A program made the translations under genes and the position numbers. From an uncultured archaeon (GTDB taxonomy: Archaea; Asgardarchaeota; Thorarchaeia; Thorarchaeales; CAZPUN01), in NCBI GenBank assembly GCA_964589775.1, contig CAZPUN010000049.1:1-11232 (forward strand): a DNA stretch of 11,232 bases, written 5' to 3'. This document shows positions 1 to 7,165 of this stretch, piece after piece. The number at the start of each line of letters is the position of its first letter. The first letter of the stretch is position 1. Under the pieces are notes generated by a model. It ran no database searches. It had not been told where the DNA came from and worked only from the letters and a program-made list of their open reading frames with translations.

Positions 1-782
1 CTTAGCTTACCTATTTTTATTCCTTCTGTGTTTATAATTTCTATCTCTTTGGTATTTACTAGTCCATTTTCAAATATAGGTCCGATAAATGACGCATTCA
101 ATTCATTTACTGGTACTCCGCTAATTAATTGATTAAATGCGGGCATAACTATAACGTTTAGTGTTCCATTAATTTCTTCCGGACCCATAATATAACTTGA
201 GAGCGTTTTCTTAGAGATCTTAAAATGCATGAATACCTCTATTGATGTTCGTTTTACAACTCTTTCATCCCATGGATTTATCGGGTTTTCGATCTTTTTC
301 TCAATTACGAATACTGGATGATTGTGTGCCATAATAAGGACGTCTGCGTCAAGAACCTTATCAGATGGCCATGCATGCCCATGAGTCAAAAATATATTAT
401 CCATTAAAATCCCTGATGGTTCGATTATTTCCGCAAATTCACTAGCAATGTCTTCAATACCCCCATCATGATTTCCTTTAATGATTTGAATTTTTGAATG
501 CTTTGAAATTTCGCTTAGAAATTTTCTTGTTTCTGAGACACTTTGATAATATGATCCCATTCGGTCTTTTACATCCCCAAGAATTATCAGTGTATCTACT
601 TTATTAGATGTGATTATTTTTGATACAAGAGTTATCAATTGCTCAGTTTGCCGTTTGTAGGATATACCTGCAGTTTCAAGTCGTGTCTCAAATCCTATAT
701 GTAAATCTGCAAGCAATAGATACCTTTCTTTTTTACTTTCAATAAATAATGCTGCTTGATTTGGAACTGGCAAAATCTTCAT
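1..782 (-). CDS. Calcineurin-like metallophosphoesterase, Lhr/ligase-associated MPE type (COG1407-like); runs off the left edge of the window
   Basis: Not in the ORF track. Manual minus-strand translation from ATG at 782 gives MKILPVPNQAALFIESKKERYLLLADLHIGFE...IILGDVKD...IIKGNHDGG...LTHGH...IMAHNHP...VIVMPAFN...KIGKL, open to position 1. All five metallophosphoesterase motifs are present (DxH, GD, GNHD, H, HxH) plus the MPAFN motif typical of this subfamily. Confidence 0.9.
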   Translation of the reverse strand, partial: MKILPVPNQAALFIESKKERYLLLADLHIGFETRLETAGISYKRQTEQLITLVSKIITSNKVDTLIILGDVKDRMGSYYQSVSETRKFLSEISKHSKIQIIKGNHDGGIEDIASEFAEIIEPSGILMDNIFLTHGHAWPSDKVLDADVLIMAHNHPVFVIEKKIENPINPWDERVVKRTSIEVFMHFKISKKTLSSYIMGPEEINGTLNVIVMPAFNQLISGVPVNELNASFIGPIFENGLVNTKEIEIINTEGIKIGKL

Positions 783-823
783 TTTTAATCGCTAAAGGCT
801 TTTTTATTTTAGAGTAGAAAAAA

Positions 824-1636
824 TTATTTTTTAAGTATGTCATACATTTCTTTTAGTATCTTTTTGACTTCCTTAATTTCTTCTATTGTTTCGGCTGCTA
901 TTTCAGAGGCTTCGGATGCCTTTTCGAATGCGAGTTGGGATTTTTCAGAGGCTTCGGATGCCTTTTCGAATGCGAGTTGGGATTTTTCAGAGGCTTCGGA
1001 TGCCTTTTCGAATGCGAGTTGAGATTTTTCAGAGGCTTCAGATGCCTTTTCAATAGATAGGTCTACTTTCTCTTCAGTTATTAAGACACGACGCAAGTAT
1101 TCAAATTGAATTGCATCGTTTATGGCTAGTGGCGAAAAGTTTTCACAATTTTCGCGTTCTGCTTTTTCGTATATTTTCATTTTAAGTATATACATTGCTT
1201 CCTCTTGCGGATATTGTGTGATTTCATTAGGCAAGTAGATAAATATTAAAATTGTTTTATAATCGCCCGTTTTCTTATCATTACATACAAAAATAGATAC
1301 CAATAATCCATCTTTATCATATGTCAGTTCAGACCATAATTTTTTGAAGGTAGCTGTTATATCTCCACTTACCGCCGTTTTTGCATTTATTTTTCTTATT
1401 ATTTTTTCATTTTTATATAATTCAATATCTCCACTATCACGTGGTTGTGGTCCTGGATATACTTTTATATCATCGAAATCTATATCTAAATCTCTTTTTA
1501 ATGCTTCACGATCTTCAGAAATGACCTTTACAGTAAATTTTCCAATATCAATAGGATGCTGTACAAAAATTACTCTGATTATTTCTTCCAATGGTCTTTG
1601 AATAAATTTAATTCCTTTATCATTAGTAAAATTCAT
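824..1636 (-). CDS. Hypothetical protein (270 aa): globular N-terminal domain (possibly restriction-endonuclease-like) plus C-terminal heptad-repeat coiled coil
   Basis: ATG-initiated ORF with a TATA box at the expected distance. Residues ~196-245 are repeats of EKASEASEKSQLAF. The N-terminal pattern is E17/E18...GD70IEL...IN84AK86T. The ORF is well supported; the function is not. Confidence 0.75.
   Translation of the reverse strand: MNFTNDKGIKFIQRPLEEIIRVIFVQHPIDIGKFTVKVISEDREALKRDLDIDFDDIKVYPGPQPRDSGDIELYKNEKIIRKINAKTAVSGDITATFKKLWSELTYDKDGLLVSIFVCNDKKTGDYKTILIFIYLPNEITQYPQEEAMYILKMKIYEKAERENCENFSPLAINDAIQFEYLRRVLITEEKVDLSIEKASEASEKSQLAFEKASEASEKSQLAFEKASEASEKSQLAFEKASEASEIAAETIEEIKEVKKILKEMYDILKK
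901..1051. repeat. 42-bp intragenic tandem repeat, about 3.6 copies
   Basis: Unit tttcagaggcttcggatgccttttcgaatgcgagttgggatt at 901-942 and 943-984 (identical), 985-1026 (one substitution) and a partial copy at 1027-1051 (one substitution). No spacers. Encodes 14 aa, i.e. two heptads. Confidence 0.97.
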
Positions 1637-1657
1637 AATATAGATTTATTTCTAAAA

Positions 1658-1673
1658 TTTATAAAATTTTGTA
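1658..1673 (-). promoter_or_regulatory. Putative archaeal promoter (TATA box TTTATAAA with A-rich BRE-like segment) for the 824..1636 gene, probably leaderless
   Basis: tttataaa at 1658-1665 lies 22-29 nt upstream of the ATG at 1636 and is preceded on the minus strand by tacaaaat. The AT-rich background lowers specificity. Confidence 0.5.
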
Positions 1674-1799
1674 AATAAGTTTGATTAAATAAATTTATTG
1701 TATTGTGGAGATAAAAATGATTTTAAGTTAAGATACTATTTAATTAGTAGGAACCGGGTTGTGACAAAATATTAGCTAAAAAATAGCATGAACTAGGAT

Positions 1800-2582
1800 G
1801 TGACTAAATTGGATATTGCAGTTTCTGTACAAGATCTTAAGAAAAGTTATGGAACTCTTGAAGCACTAAAAGGTTTAACATTTGAGATTAAATCAGGAGA
1901 AATTTATGGGCTTCTTGGTCCAAATGGAGCTGGAAAAACTACTACCATCAAAATTCTCATGGGGCTCCTCAAACCAAATGGTGGGAATGTTAATGTTTTA
2001 GGATATGATCCACAAGAGGATCCAATTTCTGTAAAGCAACTTGTAGGATATGTGCCTGAAGAGATAACTCTTTTTGATTCTTTAACGCCAAATGAGTTTT
2101 TTGAATTCATAGCATCCATAAGAAAAATAGATTCTCTCGTTGCTATTCGGCGAACCCAGGCATTAATGGAAGCATTAGATGCGGTTCAATATGTAAATAA
2201 ACCCATTGCAACTTTAAGTCATGGGAATCGCCAAAAAGTAGCTATTGTTTCTGCAATTTTGCATGATCCCCAGCTATTAATTCTTGATGAACCTTTTTCT
2301 GGTATAGATGCATTATCGATAAAAGTTATACAAGAGATGATTAAGAGTTTCGTAAAATCTGGCAAAACCGTATTATTCTCAACTCACATAATGAAGATGG
2401 CTGAAAGTTTATGTACGCGAATTGGAATTATTAATGAAGGTATTTTAATTGCTGAAGGCAGTATGGATGAGCTTAAGCAAAAATCTGATGAAACGGATCT
2501 TGAATCTGTATTTCTAAAGCTCACGGAGCAAGAAGAGGATGTATCTGAGCGATTAGACCTGATAAGAGGTGCATTCAGTTGA
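1800..2582 (+). CDS. ABC-2/multidrug-type ABC transporter ATP-binding protein
   Basis: Walker A GPNGAGKTT, Q-loop region GYVPE, signature-like LSHGN, Walker B LLILDEP, H-loop STH. GTG start. Confidence 0.95.
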   Translation: MTKLDIAVSVQDLKKSYGTLEALKGLTFEIKSGEIYGLLGPNGAGKTTTIKILMGLLKPNGGNVNVLGYDPQEDPISVKQLVGYVPEEITLFDSLTPNEFFEFIASIRKIDSLVAIRRTQALMEALDAVQYVNKPIATLSHGNRQKVAIVSAILHDPQLLILDEPFSGIDALSIKVIQEMIKSFVKSGKTVLFSTHIMKMAESLCTRIGIINEGILIAEGSMDELKQKSDETDLESVFLKLTEQEEDVSERLDLIRGAFS

Positions 2583-4192
2583 AGTTCAGTGAACTTTGGC
2601 AAATTTCAAAAACAGTCGAGCAGGAACAAAACTTCAGGTCTGCATTATTACAAGCGGGCGTAAAAAAAGATATGGTATTAAGTGAGAAGGATCGTGCCCT
2701 TCAAAGAGCGATGAAATCTGGTGGCCGATTCAAATACATAATTGCATTCTTTTATATAATGATCGTATTTTCTAGCACGCTTCCATTATTTTATAGTGCC
2801 GCTCCCGTGTTTCTTCTAAACATAAAGGCAATTACTGTTGCTTCAGCATATCTTTCAAGCTTTTTCATTATATTTTTCTTTAGCATGGTAAGAAACTCAG
2901 ATCCTTCTGTAGAAGAAATTTTCAGATTTCTTAGAATGCAAAATTTAAGTGACAAAGATGCATCAACTATAATCTTTCTTGCATGGATTCGATTTTATCT
3001 TCCATTACTCATAAGTGCTGTAATTTTGACACCCATTGCAGGATATTTATCTTCCGGTTCTTTACTTTTCGCTTTAGCAAATACTTTTGTGCTTTTTGCA
3101 GATATCGCAGTCGCAATAGCATTAAGTTTTAAAGTTTCTAAATTCATGATCATTCAAACTCGTCGTGGCAACAGTGGAAAATCAACAACATTAATTCGCA
3201 TATTTACTTTACTGGGTTACACAATCAGTATTGGCGCATTATACTTTGCCATGTTGATACCTCAATCTGTATATGATTATGTTTTGACTGCAAATCTAAA
3301 TTTACTTGACCCGCCATATCTTTACTTACTGCTTATTCCATTTATTGGTGTTGCATATCTTGTTAGTTTGATATTATATCCTATTTCCTTAACAACTATG
3401 CAATTGCTTATACTTGGTATTTCATTGCTTCTACTAATACTCCCAGCACTCCTCAGTATTTCTTCAATAAATAGCTCCATCAAGGATATTTCCCAATGGC
3501 GAATTAAGATATCCGGCGGGAAAGTTACATCTGAAATTCGAATGAAAATTCGAGGGGCTCTTAAATCTCTCATAATTACAGACCTTAGAATCTCATTACG
3601 CGACCCTTCCCGTATGGGCATTCTAGCATTACCTTTATTTCTACCCATCTTCTTGATAGTGTTTAAATTAGTTGGAAGTTCATTTATGGAATTCTTTATG
3701 TTCGGTTATTTTGCTGCCATGGCGTTCATTATTTCAATATGGTCGCTTTTGGTATTTGATGTTCGTGGTGGTTCATATCTTGCATTGCTTCCATTACGTT
3801 CAAAAACAATTGCTATATCAAAAGTTATTCTTGTTTCATTATTGCTGATTCCCGGCATTGCAACTGGATTAATCATTTACTATATCGATTATGGTGACTT
3901 TATCGTACTAATGTATCCCATAATATTATATCTAACATTAATTGGTGCTGGATTCGTTGAGATCTACATAATGGCAAAGATGCTTGGTGAAGGATACATA
4001 GCAGTTATGAAAGTAGAATCTCAGGTGTCAGCAGGAATTGTAACAGTTCTTACTTTATCTCCAATAATAATAACACCATTGATTTTAGCATATGCTGTAT
4101 TTCAAGGTATTCTGGGTGTCATTGTGGGGCTTGTCATTGCTGTAATTTTCGATATGGCGTTTTACAGATTACTCGATCTTTTGAGGGATTAA
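2579..4192 (+). CDS. ABC exporter permease (multi-pass, about 12 TM segments in two halves)
   Basis: Highly hydrophobic. TTG start overlaps the ATPase stop (TTGA, 4-nt overlap suggesting translational coupling). Internal 'SLIITDLRISLRDP' amphipathic motif is typical of ABC-2-like permease repeats. Confidence 0.8.
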   Translation: MKFSELWQISKTVEQEQNFRSALLQAGVKKDMVLSEKDRALQRAMKSGGRFKYIIAFFYIMIVFSSTLPLFYSAAPVFLLNIKAITVASAYLSSFFIIFFFSMVRNSDPSVEEIFRFLRMQNLSDKDASTIIFLAWIRFYLPLLISAVILTPIAGYLSSGSLLFALANTFVLFADIAVAIALSFKVSKFMIIQTRRGNSGKSTTLIRIFTLLGYTISIGALYFAMLIPQSVYDYVLTANLNLLDPPYLYLLLIPFIGVAYLVSLILYPISLTTMQLLILGISLLLLILPALLSISSINSSIKDISQWRIKISGGKVTSEIRMKIRGALKSLIITDLRISLRDPSRMGILALPLFLPIFLIVFKLVGSSFMEFFMFGYFAAMAFIISIWSLLVFDVRGGSYLALLPLRSKTIAISKVILVSLLLIPGIATGLIIYYIDYGDFIVLMYPIILYLTLIGAGFVEIYIMAKMLGEGYIAVMKVESQVSAGIVTVLTLSPIIITPLILAYAVFQGILGVIVGLVIAVIFDMAFYRLLDLLRD

Positions 4193-4216
4193 AATTTTCC
4201 CCCTTTTATTTTATTT
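4193..4216 (+). terminator. Possible archaeal pyrimidine/oligo-T terminator after the ABC operon
   Basis: aaattttcccccttttattttattt immediately follows the TAA at 4192. Confidence 0.3.
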
Positions 4217-4274
4217 AGCAGATTATGAATTTATATTTGTACAGACCGTATTAATTTAATAAAAGTAAATTATA

Positions 4275-4282
4275 TTTTATAA
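4275..4282 (+). promoter_or_regulatory. Putative TATA box for lhr-rnc
   Basis: ttttataa lies 25-32 nt upstream of the ATG at 4307. Several other AT-rich candidates are nearby. Confidence 0.35.
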
Positions 4283-4306
4283 TAGCACATTATATAGGAA
4301 TGTATC

Positions 4307-7138
4307 ATGGAACCCAGTAATGTATTTTCTTTATTATCTCCCAAATTGCAGGAACAATTGAAAGAAATCGGATTCATTACACCTACATCTCCTCAAACTA
4401 AGGCTATCCCTGAGATTATTTCAGGACGTCATGTGCTTTTGATTTCTCCAACAGGGTCTGGAAAAACTGAAGCCGCATTACTTCCTATTATCGACTTTAT
4501 TGTTCGTGAAAATAATAGAATGCCTTTGAAAGGGATTGTTGCTTTGTACATTACACCCCTACGGGCTTTAAATAATGATATTTTGGTTAGAATGATCGAT
4601 TTTGCAGCACAAATGGGCGTAAAAATTGAAGTTCGTCATGGCGATACTACGCAGTATCAAAGGCGAAAGCAAGCATTAAAGCCTCCAGACATTTTGATAA
4701 CGACTCCTGAAACACTTCAAGCAATACTACCTGCGCCTGTCATGCGAGAGCATCTCAAGAACATTAAATTTGTAATTGTTGATGAAATTCATGAATTGGC
4801 TTCTTCGAAACGTGGGGCTCAGCTTTCTGTTGCTCTTGAGCGATTAGAAGAATTAATAGGTCATGCTTATCAAAGAATTGGACTTTCCGCAACTGTACAA
4901 AATCCAAAGACAATTGCTCGTTTTCTTGGTGGTAAGGGTCGCGATGTAAAGATAATTGAAATTGAAAATAAAAAGAAACTTAACATACTTGTGGAAACCC
5001 CTCACAAATCTGAAAAGCCTGATAGTTCTGTTTCGCGTATTTTTCGAATTAAGAGAATTGCAGAACTTATAGAAAATCATAGTGGGATTCTCATATTTTG
5101 TAATACTAGACGAACTGCTGAGACAATTTCTCGATTACTAAATGAAATTAAAAAGGATCTATCCATTCTGGTTCACCATAGCTCATTATCTAAAGAAGTT
5201 CGTGAAGAGGCTGAACGCCTATTCAAAGCAGGAAAACTAAAAGCAATAGTTGCAACATCGTCCCTTGAGCTTGGTATAGACATTGGTCATGTGGATTATG
5301 TAATACAATACGCGTCACCTAAGGAAGTGCATCGTCTAATTCAGAGAGTTGGGCGTTCCGAACATAAAGAAAAAACCGTATCTCAAGGTTCTATCATAAC
5401 ATATCCAACATTAGATGATATGTTTGAATCACTTGTTATCGCTTATAATGCTGCACATGGAACAATTGAAAAAATTCGTCCTCATATTCTTCCTTTTGAT
5501 GTTATGACGCATCAAATAGCAGGAATTATCATGGATTATAAAGAAACTGATGTCTATAAGATTTATAATATATTGACCCGAGCTTATCCGTTTATGGATT
5601 TAACGCCTGAGGAATTCAAGAAAGTAATGGACTTTATGGAACAGCAATGGATGTTCAAACGCGAGCGGACAAAAATATTTACAAAACGAAAAACTCGCAT
5701 GTATTATTATTCTGAACTGTCTATGATTCCGGATCAACAGAAATATCTCGTTCGTGATGAAGTTTCTCACATGCGAATTGGATTTCTAGATGAAGATTTT
5801 GTAGCTAGTTATGCGAATCGCGGTGATATTATTGTTCTACAAGGAAACCTATGGGAAGTAATTGATATTGATGGCGATAATCGAGAAGTAAAATGCGTTC
5901 AAGTGAAATCTTCTGAAAGTCGTGTTCCCCATTGGGAAGGTGAGACAATTCCTGTTCCATATGAAGTAGCTCAAGAAGTTGGCAAAATCTGGCATGAATC
6001 CATAAGTGCTGGGATAGATTCTGTGGTTTCAAAATACGAAACGGAACAGATTTCAGTACATGAAAATTTGAAAATACTTTCTGGAAAAATAATAGCAAAA
6101 CAGAAAGCGAGTGGTGTGCATCCCTCAGACACAAAAATTGTCATTGAATATTTTGGTAATCATTTGATAATGCATGCACCCTTTGGAACACGAATAAATA
6201 ACACATTGGCACTATATTTAAGTATTCAATCTACGCTAAGACATGGTTTTGACATTGCATCTGATTTTGATGCATATCGTATTCTTCTTTCAAGTAACAA
6301 GACCATAGATCCAAACATAATAAAACAAATAATGTTTGAGACAACTTCAGATGAGTTATTATCTCTCGTTAAAACTGCGATAAAGAATACAAAGCTATAC
6401 GAATTCCGCTTTTTACATGTGGCTCAAAGGTTTGGCATAATAAAGAAAAACTCCGAACGGACAACCGCAGATCTAAAACGGGCAATCAGAATTTTTAAAA
6501 AATCTGTTGTAGAAGAAGAGACTATTAATGAGATTCTTCATGATAAATTGGATTTAATTGGCACATCACATGTTTTCGAGAAAATACAAAATAAAGCTAT
6601 TGAGCTTTCAATTGTACCTAAAAGCATAAATGAAGCAAGCCCATTATCTCTATATCTACTTGAAAAATCTAATCCGGACCTTGCAGCTGAACTATCAATC
6701 GAGAATGAAATGCTCGAGTTAGTAGAGCAAAGATTATTGAATCATGAGTTCAAATTTGTTTGCATTTTTAAAGGAGACTGGGAAGAAACACTTCCTGTTC
6801 GCCTGGTTGAATTTCCATTGAAGTGCCCTGTTTGTGGTTCTGTGTTCATTAGCACGACTTATACATCCGATAAAGAACTACCGAGAATAGCTCGTAAGCG
6901 ATTTAGAGGTGAAAAATTAAAACGCGATGAATCCGAAATATTTCGACGTGCATGGACTACTTCGTCCTTGATCCAATCATATAAGATGGACGCATTAATC
7001 ACGCTAGCCGGATTTGGAGTAGGCCCTACAACTGCTGCGAGAATATTAGCAAGACCTCACAAAACACGAAAAGACTTAATAAAAGATATCATAGAAGCTG
7101 AAAAGAATTATGTGAAAACGAAACCTTTTTGGGAATAA
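4307..7138 (+). CDS. lhr: Lhr-family SF2 DEAD/H-box helicase, archaeal type with C-terminal Cys-rich and helix-hairpin-helix-like extension
   Basis: Motif I SPTGSGKT, Ia YITPLRALNND, VRHGDT, ITTPETL, II DEIH, III GLSATV, HHSSLS, V ATSSLELGIDIG, VI QRVGRS. Lhr-specific SMIPD, IGFLDEDF and PHWEGE motifs. C-terminal CPVCGS and GFGVGPTTAARIL. Confidence 0.95.
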   Translation: MEPSNVFSLLSPKLQEQLKEIGFITPTSPQTKAIPEIISGRHVLLISPTGSGKTEAALLPIIDFIVRENNRMPLKGIVALYITPLRALNNDILVRMIDFAAQMGVKIEVRHGDTTQYQRRKQALKPPDILITTPETLQAILPAPVMREHLKNIKFVIVDEIHELASSKRGAQLSVALERLEELIGHAYQRIGLSATVQNPKTIARFLGGKGRDVKIIEIENKKKLNILVETPHKSEKPDSSVSRIFRIKRIAELIENHSGILIFCNTRRTAETISRLLNEIKKDLSILVHHSSLSKEVREEAERLFKAGKLKAIVATSSLELGIDIGHVDYVIQYASPKEVHRLIQRVGRSEHKEKTVSQGSIITYPTLDDMFESLVIAYNAAHGTIEKIRPHILPFDVMTHQIAGIIMDYKETDVYKIYNILTRAYPFMDLTPEEFKKVMDFMEQQWMFKRERTKIFTKRKTRMYYYSELSMIPDQQKYLVRDEVSHMRIGFLDEDFVASYANRGDIIVLQGNLWEVIDIDGDNREVKCVQVKSSESRVPHWEGETIPVPYEVAQEVGKIWHESISAGIDSVVSKYETEQISVHENLKILSGKIIAKQKASGVHPSDTKIVIEYFGNHLIMHAPFGTRINNTLALYLSIQSTLRHGFDIASDFDAYRILLSSNKTIDPNIIKQIMFETTSDELLSLVKTAIKNTKLYEFRFLHVAQRFGIIKKNSERTTADLKRAIRIFKKSVVEEETINEILHDKLDLIGTSHVFEKIQNKAIELSIVPKSINEASPLSLYLLEKSNPDLAAELSIENEMLELVEQRLLNHEFKFVCIFKGDWEETLPVRLVEFPLKCPVCGSVFISTTYTSDKELPRIARKRFRGEKLKRDESEIFRRAWTTSSLIQSYKMDALITLAGFGVGPTTAARILARPHKTRKDLIKDIIEAEKNYVKTKPFWE

Positions 7139-7165
7139 ATTTCGAAGAAAAATTGGGGATTTGTC

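Noticed and set aside
1-782. Mre11/SbcD call, with the neighbouring coiled-coil protein as Rad50
   Set aside because: The motif pattern (HxHP, MPAFN) fits the Lhr-associated MPE family, and the neighbour has no Walker motifs or zinc hook.
837-1022. 61-aa plus-strand ORF with SEASDAFSNASWDF repeats
   Set aside because: Antisense shadow of the repeat region of the 824..1636 gene. It stays open only because the unit lacks a stop in that frame, and it ends at a TGG-to-TGA variant that is synonymous on the coding strand.
901-1051. CRISPR array interpretation of the 42-bp repeats
   Set aside because: Units are head-to-tail with no unique spacers, are a multiple of 3 and lie in-frame within a CDS. 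No cas genes are in the window.
824-4192. Mobile element or genomic island call for the block between MPE and lhr
   Set aside because: No integrase or transposase, terminal inverted repeats, target-site duplication or tRNA anchor was seen.
1344-6134. Short antisense ORFs (1344-1601, 1904-2119, 2384-2602, 3322-3648, 4853-5080, 5829-6134)
   Set aside because: All lie opposite longer, better-supported genes and have no recognisable motifs.
7136-7165. Programmed Sec/Pyl recoding or a sequencing error fusing lhr and rnc
   Set aside because: The stop is TAA rather than TGA or TAG, the Lhr C-terminus looks complete, and rnc has its own SD-like motif and TTG start. The in-frame arrangement is kept only as an observation.
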